Of a stretch of DNA of 64,000 nucleotides, positions 39,040 through 52,795 are shown piece by piece. The translations under genes were made by a program, and so were the position numbers. This DNA is from Octopus vulgaris. Its lineage: Eukaryota. Numbering within the stretch: position 1 is the first letter of the stretch; each line of letters starts with the position of its first letter. The stretch spans positions 37,572,001 to 37,636,000 of the forward strand of contig OX597822.1 of assembly GCA_951406725.2 (NCBI GenBank). Direction: 5' to 3'. The notes under the pieces were generated by a model, which worked only from the letters and a program-made list of their open reading frames with translations, did not search any database and had not been told where the DNA came from.

Positions 39040-40240
39040 GCATTTAGGGACAAAATAATGGAAACAGCTTGTTAAATGTAAGTTTTATTATTTATTACTG
39101 AGATCAACTTTGCCTTTCATCTTCTCAGGATCGATAAAGTACCAATCAAGTACTGGGGTCAAAACTGCTGACCTTGAGCCAAAATTTGAAATCCTCATTT
39201 AATATAGGGTTAGTCCACCTTTGGTATCAATCACAATTTTAATGTTGAAGAATTGATTCAATCAGGTTCTGGATAGTTGTCAGGGGAATTTTGAGACATT
39301 CTTCAATTAAAACCTGCTTCAGCTGTAACTGTGAGAATGGCAAAGGGAAGCAGCTCCTCACTTGCTGCTCCAAAAGACCCATATTGAGATCTGGTGATTG
39401 TGGGGTCCAATCCAAGTGGTCTACTTCACTATTCTGCTCTTTATAACAATTTTGAATAACATTATCTATGTGAATTGGCACATTTATTGTCCTGGAAGAT
39501 TTTATTGCTATCAAGGAACAATGTTTGTACCATACGATGGACATGATCTGCCAAAATACACAGTCTTTGGAGTTAACTCTGCCGAGTTGAATGACCAAAA
39601 GCTCAAGAGAATTCCATGATAAAGCTGTCCAAAATATAACAGAGCCACTTCCATGTTTCACAGAAGGAGCCAGTTAGGGTTAAAGGCTTTCTTGGTCTGT
39701 ATCTAGAGATAAACTTACTTTGAAGTTGGGGAAAAAGAGTGAATGACAATTCGTCAGAGAAATTGACATTGTTCTGTTGACTACTTCTGATAGTTTAGAC
39801 ACCATTTTATCCACCTACCAAACATCAACATGATGCAGAACAGGTGAGGTTTAGCAATTTCAGGCCTCCAATAGTACCCAGCTTTATGGAGCTCAAAACA
39901 AATGGGTTTTCTTGACACAGAGTTGACAAGATGGTAATTTAGTTCTCTTGTCACATTTACTGCTGTAGTTTGATAGTTTTAAGACAATATATTTCGCTAT
40001 TTTGTGGTCCCTCTCTGCAAGCTTTGGGTTCCATCCAGAATTGCACTGGCCAGAGGCAATTTTTGTTCCTTGGGTGTGGAATGCCAATGTTATTTTAGAG
40101 ACTGTAACCTCTCAAAACATTAAACAATTCCAGCAGTTTCAGTGAATGAAGCTCCAGCCATTCGTGTTCCAAAAATTTGTCCTATATGGAAATCAAATAG
40201 AACAAGCATTTTAATTTATTTAAATATTATCTGAAAAAGA
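39040..40240 (-). mobile_element. Degenerate Tc1-like transposon
   Basis: KHGSGSVIFW and LDWTPQSPDLN motifs (ORF 39239-39661). TIR-like GGACAAAATAATGGAAAC at ~39047. Confidence 0.8.
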
Positions 40241-41707
40241 AAAAGAAAAAAACCAGCGGGCTTTATCATGAAGTACAAGGCATACAAACACATACAGATT
40301 TGAACAGTTTGGAATTTGTATACGTATTTATATACCACAGGTTTGATGATACAAAAAGGGAAAAATAGAACCTTTTATCTTTTACTTGACTGTGGCCATG
40401 CTGGGGCACCACCTTGAAGGGTTTTAGTCTTATTCTATTGGTCTCTTTTGCCAAACTGCTAAATTACTGGGGTTGTCAAACAGTGTTGGTGGGGCAAACA
40501 TATATATGATGGGCTTCTTTCAGTTTCCGTCTACCAAATCCACTCACATGGCTTTGGTCGGCCATAGTAGAAGACACTTGCCCAAGGTGCCATGCAGTGA
40601 GACTGAACCCAGAACCGTGTAGTTGGGAAGCAATCTTCTTATCACACAGCCATGCCTATGTATATATATATATTATCATCATCATCATTTAATATCTGCT
40701 TTCCATGCTGGCATGGGTGGAACAGTTTGACAAGAGCCGACCAGGCAGAAGCCTGCACCAAACTTCTGTAACTGTTTTGGCAGGATTTTACGGCTGGATA
40801 CTCTTCCTAACACCAACCACTCAGCAGAGTGAAAATATATATATACACATACATACACAAACACATTTATATCCCGTATACATAACTGAAACAGTGTCAA
40901 ATTAATATAGCCACCCATGTCTCATATTCAATATATATACATTAACAGGCCAGTTACTGTATTATTTGTCATCAGGTAATACTTCTTATGCATGTGCTGT
41001 TTTAAAGACAATAAATATCAGAGATGAAAATCCATTCCAGCAGTGACAAGTGAGAATGACAGGTGTTTATGTCCATGTAACTTAGCAGTTCAGCAAAAGA
41101 GACTGATAGAGTAAGTACCAGGTTTTATAAAAGTGCTGAGGGCTGATTCATTTGCGAAAACAAAAGATTCTTTAAGGCAGTGCCCCAGTCTGGCTATAGT
41201 CTTAATGATTGAAAAAAATTGAAGATAAAGAAATTAATCACATTAATGATGTTTGGAATTAAAGAAAGTCATCAAAGTCAATACATTCCAGAAGGAAGAA
41301 AAGAGCCCAGCAAGTGACTTTGTTAGCTGTGAACTGTTTTCACAGTTCAAGTGCAGGACATGGGAAAATAAACAGCCATGTACAATGGAAATGTCACCCA
41401 ACAATGAGAAAAAGAACAGCCTATGTACTATCTGCAACTTACAGGTAAAACCAAGAGAGTGAGAGAAAAACACACATTTCCTGTGTTTCAATTTAACTTA
41501 AAAAATTGTTTGGAAGGATTAAATTTTATTTCTTAAATAGGTACAAGCCCAGAAAATTGGATGAGAGAAAATGATTATTCCACTCTGTAATTGTTTCCCA
41601 TAAAACAGAGTATTTGATTGGTGCTTTATTTGGACAGGTTGCTCTCATCAGGTTTTCAACTCAGAATGTAGAGAGCTTGACCAAATTTGGTTCAACACAT
41701 CCACCAA

Positions 41708-42056
41708 TCTCTATATATATAAAGCTGAAGTTGTCTGTGTGTGGCAGGTATCTCCTTTGAGACCCTGTGGCGAAGTTGACCAAAATATGATAGAAGGCTT
41801 GCTCTTCTTTCCGTAGAAGAAAAAATTCAAATCGGACCATGTTAACACCAAAAATTATTTACATCAAAAAGGTGCTTTTTTTCTATGAAAATCCCTATTT
41901 TTCACGATTTTTTTACTGCTGTGTCGCCATTTTTTGGTGTATTTCAACCAGAAAAATGTTCACTTAAAGCTACATAATGCAAAATTTTTACTTTTCAAAA
42001 ATTCCAATTCTAAAGGGCTGAAACAAACCCGAGCAATGCCGGGTGATTACTGTTAA
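41708..42056 (+). mobile_element. Non-autonomous Helitron related to 19243-19547
   Basis: 5' TCTCTATATATATAAAGCTGAAGTTGT, 3' AAACCCGAGCAATGCCGGG hairpin. Terminal CTAG is decayed. Confidence 0.65.
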
Positions 42057-42604
42057 TTATATAAAACTAGACTCTCTGTAGGTCACCGGAAAACTCTGAG
42101 TTTCCTAGCAACGGAGTTTTGTTTCATGGGTTTTTTCTTTTCCAGGTTATTTTGCATGCTTTCAATGAATGCGATATTGAAAGGTTAGAGTTTCTTCCCT
42201 TTCAGGATGAAGTTAAATTCAGAACATTTTCCCATTATGCACCGTTTTGGGTATTTATACCCCCAAATATCTACTGCTCCAATTTACATGAAACTTGTTT
42301 CATTCTGTTCGTACTAACATTTCATGGTAATGGGAAATATTCATAGTATTTTCCCATTATGCTCCAGTTTGGCTGGGTAACATTGCAAGCAAGCAAGCAA
42401 GATTCAAACTGACTTTTAATGTATTATAGATAATTTTGATTCTTAAACTTGTTTGAAATAATAACTTTAGAAAGAAGTTCCTAAGTGAAATTATATTGGA
42501 AGTTTTAAATTTAAATAGGAAAACTTTAAACTTGAGATTTTGCAGTGGGGAACAAGAAATGGTTTCAGGAAGGGTTGTCAATCCACAGCTACTAGGAATA
42601 TTAA

Positions 42605-42824
42605 CCCTTACAATACCAACCCGGCCAAAACCGCCTCTGGCTCTGTAGTACAAAAGTCATGTTTACATAAGTTTTGAATTTAAATCTTCCACCAAACATT
42701 AGTCACAATTTATGTTCCTAACACTAGCTTAATGATAATGAACTTATTTTATTAAATTTTTTGTTATATTTAAAATCAGTTGAAAGAAACAGAGCATCTC
42801 AAAATAAATATGGTAACAAAAGGG
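42605..42824. mobile_element. piggyBac-type MITE, family A
   Basis: TTAA-CCCTTACAATACC...GGTAACAAAAGGG-TTAA. Confidence 0.85.
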
Positions 42825-43799
42825 TTAACACTATCATGCCATGTTACTACTATAGTGGAAATAGCCTAAACATAATCTCTACTGGATTCTTATTAAAGCA
42901 GTAATGAACAACATGTAGAAAAAGATAAAATATAAAAAAGGCAAGCAATGATGTTGCAGTTTTATAGTTGAGTGTGCTTATGATTCATTGTTAATGGTGT
43001 CTTCCATAGCTGTTTACTTTTTAATTGAAAACAAAAACATTTTTGTAATGAAATGAACATGTGATGCACCCAGCATTTCATCTGGTAAACAAGCATGGAC
43101 TAGACCCTTCACGATATAGAATATATATATATGTATGTGTGTGTGTGTGTTTGTCTTTGCCCCCCCCCCCACTTGACAACCAGTGTTGGTGTGTTTACAT
43201 CCTTGTAACTTAGTTTGGCAAAATAGAACAAGGGCCAGGCTTTAAAAAAATAAGCACTGACCATTCAACTAAAAATTCAAGGTTGTGCCCCAGCATGGCT
43301 GCAGCCTAATGACTGAAACAAGTAAAAAAATAAGAGATCCTTGACAAACACCTCAGTCTTTACCATTCCAACAGCCACAATGGTTTAATATTTGGGCAAA
43401 AAATAAACCAAACCAAAAATTTAATTATGAAGTCAATAAAAACACAGACAACAATTTGGATAAAGATCTAGGGGAAATTTGTTTTATTTCCTCCTGTTTT
43501 TATTTAGAAATATCTAATAAAAAGAAAAAAAGAATTTTAAAACAGAAAAAAAAAAGAGAAAAAAAAAGCAAATACTGAATTTGGATATGAAAACCAAAAC
43601 ATTTTTTGTTTGTTTCTGTTATGGTGATAAGTTATTGAATGAGAGACCTGAATATAAACAGCCTCATGTTAACCGTAAAACAATGGTTGAGTTATGCAAA
43701 CTGGAACAGGTCTCTAGTTTCTGATGGGAAAAACTCAATGATTAAGCTATACTGTAAAAGATCCTAATATTAACAAGCAACCACATACAGATGGAAATA

Positions 43800-44062
43800 C
43801 TACATATATTTGTTTTTAACAGTGGAACTGAAAACAGATAAATAACATGCAAATATTGGATTAAAAATATTCTTGAAGAGAAAAAACTGAAGGCTGCCCA
43901 TAGGTAGAACATCTGTTACATTTACAGAAGACATCAATTCATGTCCTATGGACAGCCTTCAACGTTTTCTATCAATGGTTTTTTTTTTTAAACCAGTATT
44001 TGCATGATTTTATTCATAGCTTTATTTTCTTTGAGTTTCACTGTTAAAAACGAATTTATGTC
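43800..44062. repeat. Long imperfect inverted repeat (foldback/MITE-like), ~100-bp arms
   Basis: GTTTTTAACAGTG..CATGCAAATATTGG..TGAAGGCTGCCCATAGG mirrored by CCTATGGACAGCCTTCA..CCAGTATTTGCATG..CACTGTTAAAAAC. Confidence 0.85.
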
Positions 44063-44159
44063 TCAATGTTTCTAAATTCTTAAGATGTAAATAATATATA
44101 CAATAAAACACCACTAGGTCAAAAGCCTAGACCACGGAATTCCTGACATTGTTTCCATG

Positions 44160-44345
44160 GAAACTCTTATGTGAACAAGAACTACATGACCAGCTTGACA
44201 AACAACAATAGGAACCACATGGCTAGCTTGACCAACAAACACCTGGAACTATAAAGCTAGCTTGACCAATGGAGAGGTGAAACTACAGGGCTAACTTGGC
44301 CAACAAACAGCTGGAAGTGTTTGACTAGTTTGACCAAGAACACAC
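44160..44345. repeat. Degenerate ~35-38-bp tandem repeat (GCTAGCTTGACCAA core)
   Basis: Five visible copies. Confidence 0.75.
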
Positions 44346-45305
44346 TAACACATTTTACTTTTTGTCTTTAAATACAAGAGGATAAGTTTTTTCCCCCTGA
44401 ATTAACTTATCAACTTGTACATGTTTATATATGTGTATGTGTGTGTGTATATATATATATATAAAAGCTGCTTATTGGGATCACTTTTGGATGAAGCTTT
44501 TAATAACAATAACCAGCTGTAAGTTCATTTCAAATGGTTTGAGACCCACTAATTCTGAGAACAATAACCATTTGAAAAAAGTTTTTGATTGCATATGCAT
44601 CTATATATATATATATATATATATATGATTATTGGAAGCTGAAACTTCACAAACCATAGCTACTGAGTTCCTGGCTTTTGATCTTTGGGTGAGAATGAAG
44701 ACTGGAATATAAGACATGGTTTAAATATTAAACAGGAGAGATTGTAAATGCTTGAACATCAAGACTAACTGCGATTGGATAATGTCATCAGAGCAATAAG
44801 AGCTAATTGTACAAAAAAATAAAAAAGAATGGAAGGAGGACAAGATGGAATTTGTTGGTTGGAAGGAGAAGGAAATAAAGAAATCACTATATATGTGAAA
44901 CAATTTGCACCTACCTTAGTTTTTATTGTTCAAACCTGTAAGTTGTGTTTAAGTAAGAAACTTTTCATTTTATTTCACAATAAATGAAAGGCCTGAACTA
45001 ACTTCCTGTAGGCACAATTCTCAATATCTACTTTGTAATTTTCCTTCCAGTATTCTTCCTAATAATTTATTATTTTAATCTTGTTTGGACAGGCTTTTTG
45101 CTACCATATTTTTGGCCTTCCCTCCAGTTGCTATGCCAAACACTTTTAGTATCCTTTAAAATCATCTTTGATGTTATTTCCTCTTCCTAAACCAGTCTTG
45201 TATTTTACATTCTTGCAATTTTAAAAATTACTTTTCTTCTCCCAAACTCACTAACCGCTTGATTATCATTGTTTCTTATTTTCTGTACAACAGTTCTATG
45301 GTCAA

Positions 45306-45844
45306 TCCTGCAGCGGAAATAGCCGAAACGTAATCTCTACCGTTTCCCAAGTGGTAATGAACAACACAAGTAGAAAAAGAAGATTAAAAATTAAAATTAG
45401 GCAACTGATCTCATTGCAGCTTCATAGTCATGTGTGTTTATGGCATCTCCCACCACTTTCGTATTTAATTGAAAAAAATGTATATTTTTGTGATGAAGTG
45501 TGTAATGAAATGAGCAAGACTTTTTTACAGTTGAGGAAATTATTGATGATATTTATTCTTCAGATGAGCAAGAAGTTTACCCTTACACAAACGCAGACAA
45601 TGAGAGTGATTTGGACAATCAAACTGATGAAAGTAGTGATTCAGGTGAACAAATACAATAGTGGAGAGATAGGCCTATTATTGTTATTCCCCTAAATTTT
45701 TTTTTTGTGGTGATGGGGGGGGGGGGGAATCCCATCCATTAGTTTGCCTGCAATCTTGATCTGTGAATGCAACTATTTATTTTTGTGCTCAGGAGCCCAG
45801 ATAGAGGGTAAAGTTAGACACACAAAGGCCCAGGTCTGACAGGG
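45306..45844 (+). mobile_element. Possible internally deleted piggyBac-like element
   Basis: Acidic peptide TVEEIIDDIYSSDEQE...DNESDLDNQTDESSDSG resembles a piggyBac transposase N-terminus. Right end CTGACAGGG-TTGA. Confidence 0.4.
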
Positions 45845-47339
45845 TTGATAAAATCCTTTTGTTCCAAAAATATTATCCAATCAAAGTTTGTCTAGGTATT
45901 AAAACATCTCTATTTCAACCTTTTTTAAACAAAGTCTTATGTTTCAGTCTTCAAAACTGCTCTAAGACTGGAAATACAAAACTCAGAGTCATGATCTGTG
46001 AAGTATCAACTTCCATTAAGATGTAATACAGTACTCTACCTTCTTTACTGAATACTCCCTTTCCTCTTTCTTCATACTCGACCACTTTTGCTATATGAAA
46101 TGTTAAGCATCAAAGAACATAGCTATTTTCACTAACTTTAATATATAAATGTCAAAAAGCACACATATGGTGTATACATGTGAACACACACATATGTATA
46201 TATGAAGTAGTAGTTTTAGTTTTTGTTCTAGTTAGTATTTTTTTCAGAAAACAATTCAACCACAGAGTAGGAGTGAAAGCTTGTTTAGCAAATAAAGACT
46301 GGTTATAGTAAGATTTGAAACTTAATCTCACACACACACACACATTAGAAATTCCAGCATTTAAAAAACTTCACTTAATTGAGGACTAAACAAAATTTAT
46401 CTCACTTGAAAAATAACCCCAGACATGAGCATATTCACTACTTTGTAACACACAGACAGAAAATGATGAATTAGAATCATTAAAACACAAAAAAGTAAAA
46501 CTAATTAAATGAGAGAGCGGGAAGGGGTAGAAGAAAAAGGAACGCAAAAAGAATAATTTGAGAATCAAACATGTCGGAATGGTTTGAAATGTAGTCAAAG
46601 TCTTTGCACTGCTGCTGAGACAGTCTCGCTTAACTAACCAATGTCCAGTGAAGTGGAACTACTGCTGCCACCACCACCCACCATCATCATCATCAAGGAA
46701 TTCCCTTCATAACAGGAAGAAGATATTGCTACTTAATCATATACATATATATATGTGTGTGCGTGTATATATATATATATATATATAAATATATATATAT
46801 ATATCTCACTGGTTCCATCCTAATGACAAGACTGTGGCCATGCTGGAGCACTACCTTCTAAAGTATAGTCAATTACACCAATGCTTCCCCTACCTCCACA
46901 TTACATATTTTATTGACCTCAGAAGGATGGAAAGCAAAATGGCTCTAAACAAAAACTGAAGGGGTGTAACCAAACATGACACTGTCCCAACAGATTTGGT
47001 TATATTCGGCCTGATGAGTAGCTAGCAGATTACTCTTTGTTTGGGCAATTACTACCTCCGAGGTTCTGCTAGCTAGGAAACATATGTAGCTTGGATTTTT
47101 ATCTACTCCATTCTCCAATTTTGGATTTTTATTGACATGCATGACAACCCCAGCTTCTAACTGTAAGCTATAAAGTAACTTTTTTCAGCTTATTAAACTT
47201 CCATATGGGAAAAATTTACAACCTTCTACGCCAATAAACCATTATTGTTCCTGAAAGTCGTTTTTTTATTACCTTCTATGGACTGCTTGAAGCTTACTAA
47301 CTTCCTACACCTTGATCCTTGGAGCTAATCTTTACACAC

Positions 47340-47372
<33 letters not shown>

Positions 47373-47373
<1 letters not shown>

Positions 47374-47840
47374 GGACATCTTATGGAAGGAACGCATCCT
47401 CCAGTAGGCAAACATCCTGCAGCTCAGACACCTCAGATAAGTAGGTCACATTTCATGCTTGGACAAATCCAGAATGTCAAAGGCCATATTCTACAGGAGC
47501 ACAGCCAGGGCAAAAGAGACAGAGAAGCCCCCAGGAAACATTTGAAAGACCAACTGAAACACCACCTCAACCAGGCAGGGATACACATCCACAGAGTGGG
47601 AAGGAGTCACAGCACAGAGGGAGGTGTGGCAAGACTGCATCTCCAAAGGCTAGAACAACTGCGGCAGATGAGAAGGAAGGGACCACCACCATTATGACCC
47701 CTATCTGACCAATGCCTACATATCTGCCCCAAGTGCACCAGAGCCTGTCATTGAAGGATTGGTTTACATAACCATTTAAGGGCTTGTTGCTGTTCCTCAG
47801 TCTTCAGGCACAAAGAACTGCCATCATCACCTTCCTCATC
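47373..47840 (+). mobile_element. RTE-clade LINE 3' fragment
   Basis: SQGKRDREAPRKHLKDQLK and C-terminal CPKCTRAC..RIGLHNHLRAC zinc-finger remnant, followed by a CATCATC tail. Confidence 0.75.
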
Positions 47841-48542
47841 ATATATATTCTTTTACCTTTTACTTGTTTCAGTCATTACTGTGGCCATACTGGGGCATTG
47901 CCTTGAAACACTTTTAGTTGAATGAATTGACCCCAGTTTTTCATTTTCTTTAAGTGTGGTACTTATTCTATCGATCTCTTTGCTAAACACATCAAACTCT
48001 TTGAGGACATAAACAAACCAACGCCAGTTGTCAAGTAGTGGTGGGGAACAAACACAGGTACAAAGGCACATGTGTGTGTGTGCGTGTATGAAAGGCTTCT
48101 TTCAGTTTCTGCTAACCAAATTCACTTGCAAGGCTTTAGTTAATCTGAGGCTATAGTAGAAGTCACTTGCCCAAGTTGCTACGCAGTAGTACTGAACCTG
48201 GAACCATGTGATTGGGAAGCAAGCTACTTACCACACAACCACATCTGTCCTCTGAAGGAGTAAATGTGTAGTCAAACATCAACCATAAAGGGAATTGTAA
48301 TCAGAAAGAGGAAGGCAAAATCCACAGACCAAAGTACATGAAGTCCAGTGGTCTACCATTTCTCAAGTCCATTGAACAGGCGTGGCTGTGCTGTTAAGGA
48401 GCCGGCTTTCTAACCATGTGATCTTGGGTTCAATCCCACTGCATGGTACCTGAAGCAAGTGTCTTCTACTATAACTCTGAGCTGGCCAAAGCCTTGTGGG
48501 TGGATATGATAGATGGAAACTAGAAGAAGCCTGCTTTATTTA

Positions 48543-48573
<31 letters not shown>

Positions 48574-49077
48574 CTGTGTGTATGTGTTTGTGGATCCTTG
48601 TCTTGACATCACATGATGGCTGTAAATGAGTATCACTGTCATACAAAGGATGTTGTTCGTCAGGTGGGGGTTGGCAACAGGAAGAGCATCCAGCTATAGA
48701 GTATCTCCCTCAAGAAATTCTGTATGACCCATTTGAGCATTGAAAATTGACCATTAAATGATGATGATGATGATAATGATGATTTTGATGATGATTGCCA
48801 TTATTTATTATTATTGTTATTATTTTATTATTATTATTATTATTGTTGATGTTACGATTGTTACAATGCCAAACAAAATGGCTTTGTTTCTGCTCTTTAC
48901 ATTCTGAGTTCAAACTTTCAAGCCAATTTTGCCTCTCATCCTTTTAGGGCCAATGAAATATGGTAACAATCAAGTACTGGGAGTAATGTAATAAACCAGA
49001 TTCTCCCCATAAAATTGCTGGCCTTGTGCCAAAATCAGAGGCAATTATTATTGTTGTTATTGTTATGGTTAGTATTG

Positions 49078-49111
<34 letters not shown>

Positions 49112-49400
49112 TGCTACTTCTATTGAGTAGCAAAGGAGAATAGACTGAATGAGAAGAAGAGAAAGAAAAAGAGTTCCCATGCCCACCACCCACGAGGTGT
49201 GTAATGGATTTTTATTAAGTCACACAAACATGTCAGCTGTAAAGAAATGTAGGTTGAATTGGGACTAGTTCTCCGTCTCAGTTCGTTGCTAAGATTGTCA
49301 GGAGTTCTAGTTTGGACCTTTCCACATTCCTTCTCTCACTTGTGCCATTTGGCACCCACCCCCACCCCACCGAGAAGTATGCAGGGAAAATAAAAATGTG

Positions 49401-49444
<44 letters not shown>

Positions 49445-49445
<1 letters not shown>

Positions 49446-49818
49446 TTTTACTTGTTTCAGTCATTTGACTGTGGCCATGCTGGAGCACCACCTTTAGTCG
49501 AGTAAATCGACCCTATTCTTTGTAAGCCTAGTACTTATTCTATCGGTCTCTTTTGCCGAACCGCTAAGTTACGAGGACGTAAACACACCAGCATCGATTG
49601 TCAAGCGATGTTGGGAGGACAAACACAGTCACACAAGCACATACATATATATATACGACGGGCTTCTTTCAGTTTCCATCTACCAAATCCACTCACAAGG
49701 CTTTGGTCGGCCCGAGGCTATAGTAAAAGACACTTGCCCAAGGTGCCACGTAGTGGGACTGAAGCCTGAACCATGTGGTCGGTAAACAAGCTACTTACCA
49801 CACAGCCACTCCTACGCC
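49445..49818 (-). mobile_element. Full-length young tRNA-derived SINE, family A
   Basis: Head GGCGTAGGAGTGGCTGTGTGGTAAG...CCTTGGGCAAGTGTCTT, microsatellite linker, tail CCAGCATGGCCACAGTCAAATGACTGAAACAAGTAAAAG. At least 8 further copies (e.g. 270-410, 2350-2660, 7755-7905, 40375-40660, 47850-48250, 48377-48533, 59275-59620). Confidence 0.9.
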
Positions 49819-49876
49819 TATATATATATATATATATTTAAAATTTTATAATTTTATATCTACTTTGAAAATTTAA

Positions 49877-50096
49877 CCCTTTAGCATTTAAACCAGCCGT
49901 TTCCAGCCAAAATATTCTACCTGTTTTATGCTCAAACAGGCCAGGTCTGGCCTCTCGTACCTACCCTTCAATGTCATTCTAAAAATAAACAACCACATCA
50001 TCAAAATCTCGAAGCCATTAGATAATGCATGATTAATTTAAAACATTGTGAATAAATAAGCAGAACATTTGACAGAGCAATCTCAATGCTAATGGG
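49877..50096. mobile_element. piggyBac-type MITE, family B
   Basis: TTAA-CCCTTTAGCATT...AATGCTAATGGG-TTAA. Other copies at ~3370-3537, 29341-29559, 56018-56228 and 62727-63221. Confidence 0.85.
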
Positions 50097-52424
50097 TTAA
50101 ATTACCTTTTCCTCGTTTGTAAATTAAAAACTCCGATCATAGACCACTAAATGTTTCAGTAGTTAATGTAATAAAAGTAGTAACAGTAGTAGTAAATTGT
50201 AGTAGTAGTAGTAGTTGTTGTTGTTGTTGTTATAAGAGGGTTTTCCATGTACTCAGGTGGTCAGCTGTTGTGTAAGTGATGTCACTGTCATTACACTGAC
50301 CAGTTATAATCCAATCAGTGTGAGAGATGGTCAGTTTGACATTGTCCACTTCTCTGCATACAGTTTCTATAGTCTTTTTGTTGTTTTTTTTCACCATTTC
50401 TCTTCAAATCTGTTTCGCATTTTTTTTTTCAGGCCGCACATTTCCAAAATCTTTTGTAGTTTTTAAAATACTAATTGTAAAAACATAGTTTTACAACACA
50501 CACACACAATCTCATTTTGATGCACATGCATATAAAACCACATGTACCCATGTTCACACACACACACACACACACAAAATCACTGATACCAACATACACA
50601 CTCGCACAGTGGCACACATATACACACACACATGCAATGCTCTCACACAAGCGGCTTACTCAGGCTTTGGTTTTTAATGTCGATTCTGAAGATTTACAGC
50701 TGGCTCAGGTGTGTCGTAGCAGTTATCGTCAAGTCTGTTGAAGTAGCAGTAGCAGTAGTAGTAGTAATAATAATAATAGCAGTAGTAGTAGTAGTAGTAG
50801 TAGATGTAGTATGAATAGTTATAGTAGTTGTTGGTGTTGTTGTTGTCGTCGTCGTGGGAAAGGTGTGTCAGAAGGAAGGTTGTCATCGTAACAAGTGGAA
50901 ACCAATGAGGCCACCTGCAAATAGGTCTGGAAATAGAAGCAAGGTAACAAATCAGGATTTGAAATGAAAATAAATAATTGATAATAATAATTAAATCTCT
51001 AAAATTGATTTCTTTTTGGTAGTTGTCACGTCTTTTTTTTATTTTTTTGCTCTAAAACCAAAGAAATAAATAAAACGAAAGGGAAAAAATAGCAACAAAA
51101 ATATACCAAAATAGGACTTAAAAAATAAAAAGAAAGGGGGGGAAGATGTGGAATTGTGATAAAAGAGAGCTATTGGTTCGTTAGTGTCTGAGGTGAAAGG
51201 TAGGAAGGAAGAAGAACTCATTGTTAGTAGAAGTTCTTTTATTTACTTCCACCTTGGGCCAAGTTTCCAAAATTTACAAGGAATTAGCTGGCTGCAAAAC
51301 AAAAATGTTCACATGCAAATAAATACAACAGGCACAGTTGTTGCACTGGATAAAAACACTTGTTGTTGTCGTTATTGTTAATGAGAGAGGAAGACAGATG
51401 AACAGACACACAGTATACAAATGGTACTAATACAATTCAGTTAAGTTGTTTTTAAACTCAGTAAGTCCTAATCCAACAGAACTGTAATCAAGACATTCCA
51501 GCTGTGACCATATCACTTTTCATTTGGACATTATCCAAAGTGTCCTTTCTTATAGTTGAAAACCCTCCTGCCCCATCTAGCCCTAATTAACCAATCCTAC
51601 AATCGTCAAAGAGGATTTATCTCATCATATATTCAAACATAGAGGACCTTGGACAAAAGTGTAAATTGAGAAAGATTTGGCTGTGTTTTACTTTTTTTTT
51701 TATAGCAGACTTTGTCGGCTCAATTAGAAATAGCAACAGAGGCCATTACCACTGTAAGAGAGAGAGAGAGACTATGACTACCACTTTCACTGCTTTATTT
51801 TAATAGCTTAGACAAGAAAGCGCAATGCTCTTGACCCTTTTCAGGACCTTCCAGATTAGCAGGAAGAAGGGCAGTTATTCTCATACCAGATACCTGGCTC
51901 AAATACTAGGAGACTGGACTCTGCTGAAGAGACACAAAGGCCAGTGGTTGTGTTAAATACAGTGACAGACAAAGTTTATCACCCAAGAACATGAAGTGTC
52001 TCTCCAACAAGTTATTAGTGGAGCCAAGATTATAGTGTAAGACACTTGCCCAAGGTGCCATTTAGTGGAATAGAACCCAAAGTCACCTAGTTGTGAAGAG
52101 AACTCCTTAACCATAGGGTGTATTACACTGGCTCTGAGCAGGAAGTCTTCAAGAACACACCAGGGATTTGGAGACCTTTATGTAACCATCATATCTATTT
52201 TTGTCAGATGGCTTATTTCTTGGAACAACTGGTTTTGTGGAAGGATGGGTGATAAAACAGATGGACGGAAGGATAGCTGGCCTTCTTTACTTCCTACACT
52301 AATCTCTGAATACTAAAGTGAAAGCCAAGGATGATTGTGACAGCAGACATTACAGTGAGGTAGAAGGTATGGCTTTGAAAGATAGGGCCATTGAGAGAGA
52401 GATAGGGAAAATACTGTCTGTATT

Positions 52425-52795
52425 GGCAGTCAAATTAAGACAGTCAGGTAAGGCAATCAATCCAGGTGAGACAGCCAGGTAAAACAATCAGTCCAGGTGA
52501 GACAATGAGGTAAGGCAATCAGTTCAGGTGAGACAACGAGGTAAGGCAATCAGTTCAGGTGAGACAGTCAGAAAACGCAATCAGTCCAAGTGAGACAATC
52601 GGGTAAGGCAATCAGTCCGAGTGAGACAATCGGGTAAGGCAATCAGCCCAAGGGAGACACTCAAGTAAGGCAATCGGTCCAAGTGAGACATGATTTGACA
52701 ATTAGTCGAGTGAGACGTGGTAAGGCAATCAGTTTGGGTAAGATAGATGATAAAACAATTAGTCTAGGTGAAACAATCAAAGTAAAGCAATCAAA
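52425..52795. repeat. Minisatellite, 30-bp unit GGTAAGGCAATCAGTCCAGGTGAGACAATC
   Basis: About 12 tandem copies. Confidence 0.9.

Noticed and set aside
50674-50886. Tyr-rich 70-aa ORF on minus
   Set aside because: Product of (TAC/TAT)n triplet repeats in probable UTR.
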